64,000 bases of DNA from NCBI GenBank assembly GCA_040387635.1, contig JAZKDJ010000001.1:179851-243850 (forward strand), written 5' to 3'. The position numbers and the translations under genes were made by a program. The stretch comes from Patescibacteria group bacterium. Its GTDB lineage: Bacteria > Patescibacteriota > Minisyncoccia > Phycocordibacterales > PALSA-1337. Of the stretch, positions 28,107-36,627 are shown in pieces. The notes under the pieces are model-generated. The model did no database searches, was not told the origin of the DNA, and was given only the letters and a program-made list of their open reading frames with translations. How positions within the stretch are numbered: position 1 is the first letter of the stretch; every line of letters starts with the position of its first letter.

Positions 28107-28577
28107 TTAGATACCAGGATTTTCCTGAACATTCTGAAGAGCCAACGGAGCTACCCTGAAACTCACTTCATACTCAGGGTCGGTAATCTGCTGACTGAGT
28201 TTCCTATCAGGAGCAACCTTCACAATAGATACTGCATATCCAGCAAATTCGAGCGGTACTTCATCAGAAGCAATGTTGCCAGTTGCTGTTGTACCTTCGT
28301 TCGCCTTCAAGCTGATATTAAGTGTTACCCCTCCAGCCTCAGGACAATTCTCCTGATCTACAGGACATCTATTATCCTGAACAAATTTATTAAACGTTAC
28401 CTGCAGACCTGAAATCTCTTTAGTCTCGCCGATCTTTACGCTTGCCACTTCAGCGGCACGCACTCGTCCATCGGGCGTTTCTGTCAAAGGCCTCGAGTCG
28501 GTTCCGTACTGTCGAATAAGCATGAAAATCAGCGCGAATACCACAACGATCACAATTACATAAATTATTTTCTTCAT
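28107..28577 (-). CDS. Membrane-anchored secreted protein of the DSRC-motif paralog family
   Basis: It has an N-terminal TM. The domain …GLQVTFNKFVQDNRCPVDQENCPEAGGVTLNISL…VSIVKVAP…YEVSFRV aligns by eye with 6891..7931 and 55765..56307. Confidence 0.6.
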   Translation of the reverse strand: MKKIIYVIVIVVVFALIFMLIRQYGTDSRPLTETPDGRVRAAEVASVKIGETKEISGLQVTFNKFVQDNRCPVDQENCPEAGGVTLNISLKANEGTTATGNIASDEVPLEFAGYAVSIVKVAPDRKLSQQITDPEYEVSFRVAPLALQNVQENPGI

Positions 28578-28639
28578 ATGTTTAAAATTATACCCTCACT
28601 TTAGGTATAGCAACGCTTTATAAAGATAGGATGAAGAAG

Positions 28640-29134
28640 CTACATCAACTTACTCTTTATGAACGGTGAGAAATACTCCTTGTACTTGGTCCTGAGTTTG
28701 GTGCGCGTCCAGTCTTTTCCTGTGATTATGTTCCTGCAGTTTCTTGCCTTGCACTGACAAATCATTGTTCCATCTTCATTGTCATCAATCATCGCATAAT
28801 CAATCGTAAGCTCCTCATCTGTCTTGATGTTTCTCATAGCAACAAAGGTAACAGCATCACCCATACCAACATTTGGGTTGCAGGAATGATTTATAAAAAT
28901 CATACTGTCGTCGAATTCAGCCTCACTACCAGGAGCAATGTACACCCCTTCTTCTATCTGAAGCTCAGGATGACCATAGAGCCCAGCTTTTTTGAACTGG
29001 CGTTTTGAGAGACGTTTGCCTCGTTTGATGGCAACGATTTCATTTTTTTTGATTGGCCTAACCGCAAAAAGACCCCTACCGTGAATCTTGCTTGGAAGGC
29101 CCTTGATTGCCTTCGGGGAGATATATGACCTCAT
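28640..29134 (-). CDS. SET-domain protein (putative protein-lysine methyltransferase)
   Basis: Motifs GRGLFA, FINHSCNPN and ELTIDY are present, plus a post-SET-like Cys cluster CQCKARNC. Confidence 0.85.
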   Translation of the reverse strand: MRSYISPKAIKGLPSKIHGRGLFAVRPIKKNEIVAIKRGKRLSKRQFKKAGLYGHPELQIEEGVYIAPGSEAEFDDSMIFINHSCNPNVGMGDAVTFVAMRNIKTDEELTIDYAMIDDNEDGTMICQCKARNCRNIITGKDWTRTKLRTKYKEYFSPFIKSKLM

Positions 29135-29160
29135 GCCGTAACACTACTAAATATTGACCA

Positions 29161-29206
29161 AAAAGAAAAGTGCGGGTCCTTACGGCCCCGCACCTCTTGT
29201 TTTGTT
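29161..29206. terminator. Hairpin terminator downstream of purK (bidirectional shape)
   Basis: GTGCGGG…CCCGCAC is flanked by AAAAGAAAA and CTTGTTTTG. Confidence 0.65.
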
Positions 29207-29208
29207 GT

Positions 29209-30306
29209 TCAGTGAAATTCCACGACATGTCCCAGCTTCCTTCCTGGAGCCGGCACCTTACCATAACGATGCACAATCGTACTCGTCTGGGCAAAGTAAT
29301 CTTGGAATGAGCTTTCATCGCCGATGATATTAGTCATACGGCCACCGCACCGCGGGGCTGTATTTCCTAATGGCAGACCAGTTACTGCACGAACATGTTG
29401 TTCGAACTGACTGGTAGCAGCACACTCAATCGTAACGTGGCCGCTGTTATGCGGTCTCGGGGCGATCTCGTTAAAAACCAACCCACCGTTACGCTCAAAA
29501 AAGAATTCCACCGCGAGCAATCCCACCACATTGAGGTGACTTGCGAGTTTGCGTGCAGCTTCATTAGCCTCGCCCAACACCCTTCGAGTGATAAACTCCA
29601 CCGGCCAATCGGTCGTACGGAGAATCCCATCCTTATGAATGTTGTGAAAGGGCGCGTAAGAAGCTACTTGCCCTTTTGCATTGCGCGCGATGATCACAGA
29701 CATCTCGAAGTCGATATCAATCATCTCCTCCACAACGCAAGGTACCTTTTTAAATTCGACCCATGCCGCCCAGAGTTCATCGACATTTCCAACTCGACGC
29801 TGTCCCTTGCCGTCGTAGCCGTTTGTACAGGTTTTCACGATCACGGGAAAGTTAGCCTCTGTAATTGCATCGAAGTCTTTTGGCAGAGTGAGGGACCAAT
29901 ATTTGAGCGTTGGAATCCCCAACTCTTTCGCAACCGCCTTCTCGTAAGAGCGATTCTGCGATACACGAAGCGCTTTGTCACCGGGATAAATCCCAATCTT
30001 GCCGCCCGTAATGCTCTGCAAAATATCGAGCGTACTGAGCGGAATGTTTTCGAACTCCAGCGTAATGACGCTGCAGTGTTCCGCGAAGCGAGTAAGATCT
30101 TCGACACTTGTGAAGCTTCCCACTACGACTTTGGACGCTGCATCGAATCCACAGCAATCTTGCTTGGTATCCATCATGCATGTCCGGTATCCGAACTGTG
30201 AGGCAGACTGTGCGAACATCTTCGCCAACTGTCCTGCTCCCAGCATGCCGATCATTGCTCCCCTCGGCAAAGGGGTTTCTACACCCTGCATCATATCTGG
30301 TTTCAA
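29209..30306 (-). CDS. purK: N5-carboxyaminoimidazole ribonucleotide synthase (ATP-grasp)
   Basis: It has GMLGAGQLAKMF, an ATP-grasp core (VIVKT…GYDGKGQ) and the C-terminal RKLGHV. No purE is adjacent. Confidence 0.88.
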   Translation of the reverse strand: MKPDMMQGVETPLPRGAMIGMLGAGQLAKMFAQSASQFGYRTCMMDTKQDCCGFDAASKVVVGSFTSVEDLTRFAEHCSVITLEFENIPLSTLDILQSITGGKIGIYPGDKALRVSQNRSYEKAVAKELGIPTLKYWSLTLPKDFDAITEANFPVIVKTCTNGYDGKGQRRVGNVDELWAAWVEFKKVPCVVEEMIDIDFEMSVIIARNAKGQVASYAPFHNIHKDGILRTTDWPVEFITRRVLGEANEAARKLASHLNVVGLLAVEFFFERNGGLVFNEIAPRPHNSGHVTIECAATSQFEQHVRAVTGLPLGNTAPRCGGRMTNIIGDESSFQDYFAQTSTIVHRYGKVPAPGRKLGHVVEFH

Positions 30307-30332
30307 TCAATCTACGCCCATACTAGCGCACC

Positions 30333-30911
30333 TTATATCAGATGCAAGCACTCTTCGATTTGCTCCTTCACATCAGGTCGAGACGTATCAAATGTATATA
30401 TGAAATCAAACGTGAGATTCTCCTTCTCCCTCTTCGCTTTTTGACTTAAATAATTATCGATCATTACCTGCGGATTGTCTGCGAGCCAAGATGGCGGATG
30501 ATTTCTGAATTTCTCAAATATGAAATCCTGAGGCGTATTAATATGAACCCAAATAACTTTTGCACCGAGACGTTCTGCTTCTGAACTAATCGCATCTTTT
30601 GCTTCCTTACTGCCGCAATCAAAATCAAAAGCAATGCTGTAGCCCTGATTGGTATATTCGCGCACGATTTTGTAATAAAGTTCCTTGAGGTGCTCGTATG
30701 TATGACCACTTTCCTTAAGAAGTTTCCTGAGCTCGTCCGTAGAGAGCCGGAGTAAATGCAGCCTTTCTGAGATTGGTTTAATTATCGTCGTCTTCCCAGC
30801 TCCCACCAATCCTACAGGGCAAAAGAAAATTTGCTGGGCAGGCTTCTCAGGCATTACCAAACTCGCCTTAAATTCCTGCTCAATTTGTTCTAAATTTTTT
30901 GTGGGATTCAT
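30333..30911 (-). CDS. P-loop kinase-like ATPase (AAA_33 / zeta-toxin-like fold), function unknown
   Basis: It has the Walker A GLVGAGKTT in 192 aa. No further motif was assigned. Confidence 0.5.
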   Translation of the reverse strand: MNPTKNLEQIEQEFKASLVMPEKPAQQIFFCPVGLVGAGKTTIIKPISERLHLLRLSTDELRKLLKESGHTYEHLKELYYKIVREYTNQGYSIAFDFDCGSKEAKDAISSEAERLGAKVIWVHINTPQDFIFEKFRNHPPSWLADNPQVMIDNYLSQKAKREKENLTFDFIYTFDTSRPDVKEQIEECLHLI

Positions 30912-30922
30912 TGAGGTGGCAC

Positions 30923-31903
30923 TTACTTCTTCTCTTCGAATATCACTCGGATAATGTCATCAATTGGCATTTCATCAATCAAGATGTCGTCAATTGGAAG
31001 ATTAGAAGTAATTATCTGCGCGGCTATAGCCTTCACCTGCTCACGAGGAACACGGATAGAAGCGCGTACATCCTGGTATTCTTCCACATGGCCAAACTTC
31101 TCGAACTCGCTCTTCGCAACACTCTCTGTCGTAGTGACTTTGATTACTTTATCCTTCGCATACTTAGCAATAAGTTCACTCAGCTTGCCGTCATAGATAA
31201 TGGTACCGAAGTTGATGATGATAACTCTCTCGCACAGTTCTCTAATGTCATCCATGTAGTGCGACGTAAGTAGAATGGTCGTTTTCTTGGTGGTGTTATA
31301 TTTCCTGATGAAATCCCGAATGTTCTTCTGTGCAACCACATCAAGTCCGATTGTAGGTTCATCGAGAAAAAGCACCTTAGGTTCGTGAAGCAGCGCCGCC
31401 GCAAGTTCGCATTTCATACGCTGTCCGAGGGAGAGTTTTCTTACTGGTATATCCAGAAAATCATGTAGTCCAAGTAAGTCACTAAGCTCTTTCAACTTTT
31501 TATCAAAAGCATCATCAGAAATATTACAAAACTCTTTGAACAACAAGAAGCTATCCATGGCTGGAAGATTTCGAATGAGCTGATCCTTTTGTCCCATCAC
31601 GATACCGAATTTATTCTTGAATTCATTCTTTCGTTCCTGCGGTACATACCCCAAAACATCCACACTGCCGGAAGTTGGAAAAAGAAGTCCTGAGAGCATT
31701 TTGAGCGTGGTAGTTTTGCCCGCACCATTAGGTCCGAGGAATCCGACAATCTCACCTTCTTTGATATCGAATGTAATGTCCTTTACCGCTTCAGCATAAA
31801 GCTTCTTACGATAGAACAACGTCTTGAGTGTACCTCGAAGTCCCGCCTGCTTGCGGAAGAATTCGTATTTCTTTGATAAATTTTTAACAGTTATTACATT
31901 CAT
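30923..31903 (-). CDS. ABC transporter ATP-binding protein (ABC-2 type system)
   Basis: Motifs GPNGAGKTT, LSLGQRMK and VLFLDEPT are present, with a ~80-aa C-terminal extension. Confidence 0.9.
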   Translation of the reverse strand: MNVITVKNLSKKYEFFRKQAGLRGTLKTLFYRKKLYAEAVKDITFDIKEGEIVGFLGPNGAGKTTTLKMLSGLLFPTSGSVDVLGYVPQERKNEFKNKFGIVMGQKDQLIRNLPAMDSFLLFKEFCNISDDAFDKKLKELSDLLGLHDFLDIPVRKLSLGQRMKCELAAALLHEPKVLFLDEPTIGLDVVAQKNIRDFIRKYNTTKKTTILLTSHYMDDIRELCERVIIINFGTIIYDGKLSELIAKYAKDKVIKVTTTESVAKSEFEKFGHVEEYQDVRASIRVPREQVKAIAAQIITSNLPIDDILIDEMPIDDIIRVIFEEKK

Positions 31904-31906
31904 ATA

Positions 31907-32710
31907 TTACATTCCCGTTGCTTCATATCTCTTCAATCCTCTCTTCCAGATAAATGCCAAAATAAGAGAAAGAAGAATAATCCAGACCACCTGCACCACT
32001 AGCCCTTTAATTCCTTGAGCAAGATCAATTTTCTTAAGATAGAGCTGAGCGGGAATGAAAAATGAGTACGCAAATGGCAGATAACTGCTCGCAACAGCGA
32101 GTGATGCAGGAAGAAGGCTTAATGGGAAATATCCTCCTGCAAAAAATCTTTTTACCCTTTCAATCGTCGTATAAATTCCATCAACCTCATCAGTCCAAAA
32201 CGCGATCATTCCTATCGAGAAACTCAGCAAAAGTTCCATGATAAATGCGAGAAATACCATGACAACTATTATGCCCAAATACCGAATATCCGTATTGAAT
32301 ACAATTTTGTTAGCAAAGAAAACGATGATCGCAGCCTGAGTCGTAACTGAAATTATTGTCGAAAGGAACATTCTTCCCAACTCATTAACAAACACATACT
32401 TGATATATGAGATGGGCTTGATAAGAAACGTCGAAAGCCTTCCTAACTCAATATCCCTAGATACATAGCTTGTCAGGAAGTTTCTCGCTGCCACTGCACA
32501 AAGATTACCAACGAGAACGTAGGTAATCATTTCTTCCATAGAAAAGCCCTTAATAGTACCCATCTCGTTCGAGTATATAGCCGTCCACATCAGCACAACA
32601 ACAAGGACTTCCACCATTTCGCCCACCCTATAGGCCATCACACTAAAACGGTAGTTGAGGTTTCTCTGCCATGCCGTTTTCATTATTATCCATGCCTGCT
32701 TGAGATTCAT
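31907..32710 (-). CDS. ABC-2 family transporter permease
   Basis: It is a 267-aa protein with about 6 TM helices, lying 3 nt upstream of the ATPase gene. Confidence 0.75.
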   Translation of the reverse strand: MNLKQAWIIMKTAWQRNLNYRFSVMAYRVGEMVEVLVVVLMWTAIYSNEMGTIKGFSMEEMITYVLVGNLCAVAARNFLTSYVSRDIELGRLSTFLIKPISYIKYVFVNELGRMFLSTIISVTTQAAIIVFFANKIVFNTDIRYLGIIVVMVFLAFIMELLLSFSIGMIAFWTDEVDGIYTTIERVKRFFAGGYFPLSLLPASLAVASSYLPFAYSFFIPAQLYLKKIDLAQGIKGLVVQVVWIILLSLILAFIWKRGLKRYEATGM

Positions 32711-32982
32711 GAAAGGATTATATCAGAAGTTTTGATCAGCCTTAGTTTCTCATCTCTTTTGAGCCGTTTGAGCTCGGCTTCACGCCGACGCGCCACGCTG
32801 AGATTCTCAGCTGATTCTTTGTATACCAATCTAACCGGTCTGCGGATTTTTGTATAGTGTGCACCTTGTTTGGAGGTATTGTGCTGCACCAAGCGCCTTT
32901 CTAGATTGTTGGTTGATCCAATATAAAATGTTTTATCCGAACATTCGAGAATATAGACTGTGTAGATTAGGTCGGAGCTCAT
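32707..32982 (-). CDS. GIY-YIG nuclease family protein (small URI-domain type)
   Basis: It has YTVYILEC…FYIGSTNNLERRLVQHN in 91 aa. It overlaps the permease start by 4 nt. Confidence 0.85.
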   Translation of the reverse strand: MSSDLIYTVYILECSDKTFYIGSTNNLERRLVQHNTSKQGAHYTKIRRPVRLVYKESAENLSVARRREAELKRLKRDEKLRLIKTSDIILS

Positions 32983-32985
32983 GAT

Positions 32986-33528
32986 TTACATAATACCACT
33001 GCCCGTCTTGGAGAGTTCCCTTCGAGCTTCTTTGTAATCGGGCATTGCCCTGGCTACCAGCTCCCAAAATTTCTTACCATGATTGTGTTCACCAAGATGG
33101 CACAGCTCATGAATCACAATGTACTCAGCAAGCTTCTCGGGCAGAAGCATGATTTTGTAATTAAAATTAAGATTGCCCTTTCTTGAGCAACTTCCCCAGC
33201 GCGTTCGTTGGCTCTTGATTGAAATTTTATTATAGGTAAAACCATACATGGAGTTAAATTTCTCCAACTTGTTGCGGACAAATTCGAGAGCCGGTCCTTT
33301 GTACTTTTGATAATCTCCTCGCTTTGTCACGATCACATTCCTAGGACCAAGCTTCTGGAAGCGAAGAATCTTGCTCTGAATCCAAGAGGATTTTTGTTTT
33401 ACAAATGTATCCGCAGCAGAAGCCATAGATGGCGAAGGTAGCGTAACAACACAGCTGCCGTCATGATAGACAGTGAGCCGAATACGACGAGCTTTCTTGC
33501 TTATGCGCACGGAATAAGTGATATCCAT
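32986..33528 (-). CDS. YgjP-like (DUF45) zinc metallopeptidase family protein
   Basis: It has the HEXXH motif in VIHELCHLGEHNHGKKFW. The start at MDITYS (33528) is preferred over 33594. Confidence 0.8.
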   Translation of the reverse strand: MDITYSVRISKKARRIRLTVYHDGSCVVTLPSPSMASAADTFVKQKSSWIQSKILRFQKLGPRNVIVTKRGDYQKYKGPALEFVRNKLEKFNSMYGFTYNKISIKSQRTRWGSCSRKGNLNFNYKIMLLPEKLAEYIVIHELCHLGEHNHGKKFWELVARAMPDYKEARRELSKTGSGIM

Positions 33529-33626
33529 ATGTCCAGTATACAATAAGGCTCTGTTAGAGAGCCTTTTAAAGAGAGCCTTATTGTCCGCAACCATTCGCTG
33601 TGAGAAGCGAAACTAACTACTTTTTT

Positions 33627-34094
33627 CTAATCCCGATGTAATCTCAGGCTTTTACGGAATCCCCTTTTGCCCTTAAGATTGCTCTTGTCGACAATATTCC
33701 CATCGAAAATCTTGGTAGCTTCAACGCTTGTGCCGTTTATTTCTCCTCGAACAATTACTGTGTCGCCTTCCTTAATGTCAGATACTCCTACTTTTGTCTT
33801 AACAGATCCCTTGAAAATTACCGCATCTGACGCATCAATCGTGTATGTTTTTTCGTCTGCAGCCCTAACGCCTTCTCTTCCTAGTACTTTAAGTTTCGAG
33901 CCGTCGATATCCGTTACCTTGCCAAAAACAGCCGGCATGTGAGGCACATGCAAGCTTTTTGCGGGCTTCCAGTTAGTCTGGTAAGTGTAAGTAGCAGCCT
34001 CAGCCGGGATGTATATCGCCCATCCGATTCCTGAAATAATCACGATAATAGCCGTTACTGGGAGAAGCCCGTATTTTTTTCTTTTATTCGCCAT
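33627..34094 (-). CDS. Hypothetical membrane-anchored protein (possibly DUF5666-like beta domain)
   Basis: It has an N-terminal TM. The C-terminal …VSDIKEGDTVIVRGEINGTSVEATKI pattern is present. The family call is tentative. Confidence 0.5.
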   Translation of the reverse strand: MANKRKKYGLLPVTAIIVIISGIGWAIYIPAEAATYTYQTNWKPAKSLHVPHMPAVFGKVTDIDGSKLKVLGREGVRAADEKTYTIDASDAVIFKGSVKTKVGVSDIKEGDTVIVRGEINGTSVEATKIFDGNIVDKSNLKGKRGFRKSLRLHRD

Positions 34095-34427
34095 GAATTT
34101 TGTAGAACGTTAGTAGTAATCGAACCGACTCGCACCTTAATTAATTTGTAAATCTGATAAATCTAATCAGTGTTCTGTGTGGGATAGCAGTAATTTGAAT
34201 TCAGCCGTTTCACTGACGTATCTATATATACGTTCCAAAAGCCTCCACTGGTGCAGATTTTGCTTGGACGTTGGTGTAAATTTGTGTCTTATTTAAAATC
34301 TTAAGCTTTGTTATCAATAATTAAAGTACGCAACAAATCACATAGACAAAAGGGCGTTTTTGGGTAGTATTGGCAACAGAGCAATTTGAAAAGGTTTGGT
34401 AAAAAACCAGATCAGGGAAACCTACCT

Positions 34428-35627
34428 ATGACACGAAGAACTAACAACTACGCCAAACGTGGCGTAGAATCCGGTAAGCAAAGCGTCCACAAAGCAGTCG
34501 CGGCACTTTATAAAGGAGTCTACCCAAATGCCTTCTGCAAGATTTATCAGCATCCCGTTTTGGCATCATATTGCCGGACGCTCCATGCCGATACCGCAGG
34601 ATCAAAACCAAGCCTTGCATGGTTGGTATATATCCTGACAGGAGACATCGAACTCGCGACTCAAGTCGCTCTCGATTCGGCCTTCATGAACGTTGACGAC
34701 GTGGGGTGCATTGGTGCTGTGGATGATCTCATCCTCAATCAGACCATCGGTTTCAATTCGCACGTGGTTCCAGCAGCCCTCTATCAACGCCTGATCGTGC
34801 GGACTGAAGAACTATGTCAACTTCTCAGGAAGTGGGGCATCGGCATCCGATTCGCCGGTGGCGAAACTGCAAGTGTCGGTAACATTGTGCGGACGTTCGA
34901 TGTCGGCAACAGTCTGTATGCCGAACTCAAGCACAAAGACGTTATCGATGCAGGCAATATGGGTCCGGGAGACATACTGATCGGGATCAGCTCTACGGGC
35001 CAAGCCTCATGGGAGACCGTCAAGAACTCTGGGATGGGGTCAAATGGCCTCACAAGCAGTATTCACGATATGTTGCGGCCATACTATCGCCGCTACAAAG
35101 AAGCTTGCGCACCTCAATTGGTACGCAAAGGAATGGCGTTTCGCGGAAAACACTGGATCGATGATCTCCTGCCAAGCGATCATACATTCACTGTTGGCCA
35201 AGCCCTGCTTTCAGCCACACGGACGTACATGCCGCTTATCAAGCTCGTGCTTGAGCATGTCGGCCGCAAACACATTACAGGAATCATCCACTGTTCAGGT
35301 GGTGGACAGTCAAAGATCATGAAATTCGGCAAGCCCGGAAACCTGTATCTCATCGACCAACCCTTCCCTGTTCCGCCGCTCTTCCGGGACATTCAGCGTG
35401 ACTCACAGACATCCTGGGAAGAAATGTACGAGGTCTTCAACATGGGTTGGCGGCTCATCTTCGCGACCAAAGACAAAGGAGCTGGAGCGGAGATCATTCA
35501 GATCTCTGAAAAGTCCAACATCGATGCTGACCGGGTCGGCAAGATCATCCCTCTTGAAGGAAGCGGTCCTAATGCCGTAAAAGTCATCTCTGCTTACGGT
35601 GAATTGGATCTGGGAAAAGAAAAATAA
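34428..35627 (+). CDS. purM: Phosphoribosylformylglycinamidine cyclo-ligase (AIR synthase), divergent long form
   Basis: PurM-family motifs are present (HADTAGSK, MNVDDVGCIGA, AGGETASVG, SSTG…GSNGLTS, HCSGGGQSK). From memory, the N-terminus YAKRGVESGKQSVHKAV…FCKI resembles the long PurM form of Bacteroidetes. The start at 34428 (MTRRT) is preferred. Confidence 0.8.
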   Translation: MTRRTNNYAKRGVESGKQSVHKAVAALYKGVYPNAFCKIYQHPVLASYCRTLHADTAGSKPSLAWLVYILTGDIELATQVALDSAFMNVDDVGCIGAVDDLILNQTIGFNSHVVPAALYQRLIVRTEELCQLLRKWGIGIRFAGGETASVGNIVRTFDVGNSLYAELKHKDVIDAGNMGPGDILIGISSTGQASWETVKNSGMGSNGLTSSIHDMLRPYYRRYKEACAPQLVRKGMAFRGKHWIDDLLPSDHTFTVGQALLSATRTYMPLIKLVLEHVGRKHITGIIHCSGGGQSKIMKFGKPGNLYLIDQPFPVPPLFRDIQRDSQTSWEEMYEVFNMGWRLIFATKDKGAGAEIIQISEKSNIDADRVGKIIPLEGSGPNAVKVISAYGELDLGKEK

Positions 35628-35652
35628 CCAAACCAAGCACCTCATTAACAGA

Positions 35653-35686
35653 AAGCCGCGGAATGTGACATCCGCGGCTTTTTTCT
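35653..35686 (+). terminator. Intrinsic terminator after purM
   Basis: AAGCCGCGGA-ATGTGACA-TCCGCGGCTT forms a 10-bp stem followed by TTTTTCTTT. Confidence 0.8.
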
Positions 35687-35738
35687 TTATTCTATATTTT
35701 ATTTTTTTATTATTCTTTCTCATCTCTCTTTTTCACTA

Positions 35739-35829
35739 TTTCTAAATGCGAAAATCTTTTTCCAAAATTTTTCCAAAATATCCTTATTCTTCCACGGAGC
35801 CATGTGTCTGAGATTTTCGCATTTAGAAA
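35739..35829. repeat. Perfect 19-bp inverted repeat enclosing a 53-nt spacer with a tandem 11-mer
   Basis: TTTCTAAATGCGAAAATCT (35739-35757) is the exact reverse complement of AGATTTTCGCATTTAGAAA (35811-35829). The spacer begins TTTTCCAAAAT-TTTTCCAAAAT. Confidence 0.85.
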
Positions 35830-35889
35830 GTCGCATTATTGCTATCCTTCCAAGAAAAATCTATAGTATCAAGGTACTCACAAATCTCA

Positions 35890-36555
35890 ATGAGCAATCC
35901 AACCAACAACAACAACGATCTCCACCTCAAACTTCAAGCCGAGTCTCTCGACGAAATGGCGACTCGAAAACCATATATGAGAACTTTGGCAGGCATTACC
36001 TACGAAGTCGGTCCTAAGGTTTACAAAGGAAGCACCGATACCGAACTACTTTGCAACAGCATTGTTGTTAACGACGGCGACTATGTCTGGGACATTGGTA
36101 CGGGAACAGGCTTGGTTGCACTCTATGCCAAGAAGCAGGGCGCGACATATGTGCTTGCTACCGACCTCAATCCCGACGCGCTCAAAAATGCTCGACGTAA
36201 CAGCAAGCTCCTCAATCTAAATATTGTCGTGCGTAAAGCCGATGTGTTCGGCAAAGTCAAAACTCGATTTGATGTTATCACTTGGAATCCCCCGTTTACC
36301 GATCATCCAGCAACGAGAAGTCACGACATAAGTTTCTGGGACAAGAATCATGTATCAGTTAAAAAGTTTTTCAAAAATGTTTCAAATCATTTGAAACCTG
36401 GAGGCCGAGCCTACATTTGTTGGTCATCCTTCGGAGACACAGACCTTATCAAGAAAATTGCTGATGAGAATGGCTATAAATTAGAAGAAGTTGGCCACAA
36501 AGAAGGAAAAGAGAATTTTATCTACTACGTATACCAGATTCATATCAAAATGTAG
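35890..36555 (+). CDS. Class I SAM-dependent methyltransferase (small MTase / HemK-RsmC-like, NPPF motif)
   Basis: It has the SAM motif VWDIGTGTGLVAL and the catalytic NPPF. The start is uncertain: the ORF is open from 35839, with ATG at 35890. Confidence 0.7.
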   Translation: MSNPTNNNNDLHLKLQAESLDEMATRKPYMRTLAGITYEVGPKVYKGSTDTELLCNSIVVNDGDYVWDIGTGTGLVALYAKKQGATYVLATDLNPDALKNARRNSKLLNLNIVVRKADVFGKVKTRFDVITWNPPFTDHPATRSHDISFWDKNHVSVKKFFKNVSNHLKPGGRAYICWSSFGDTDLIKKIADENGYKLEEVGHKEGKENFIYYVYQIHIKM

Positions 36556-36627
36556 GTCGATTGTGTCATTTAGTGCCTAAGTAGCAATTTCATGGTATTT
36601 ATGGTGTAACAATGCTAGGATATATTT

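Noticed and set aside
29382-30403. Long ORFs antisense to or in alternative frames of purK (for example 29395-30201, 268 aa)
   Set aside because: They carry no recognisable motifs, whereas the overlapping purK frame has clear ATP-grasp and PurK signatures. This is the same GC-rich antisense artefact as in purL.
34095-34427. Possible purine, ZTP or PRPP riboswitch in the ~330-nt region upstream of purM (and likewise 40762-41026 upstream of purD)
   Set aside because: I could not find the conserved cores I know for these classes, nor a terminator/antiterminator arrangement. I saw only a small palindrome (ACGTAT…ATACGT, ~34236-34253). A covariance-model scan is needed for a definitive answer.
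35739-35829. Interpretation of the 19-bp inverted repeat as a MITE or transposon remnant
   Set aside because: There is no target-site duplication flanking the arms, I noticed no second copy in the window, and no transposase is nearby. It is kept as an unexplained repeat rather than called a mobile element.
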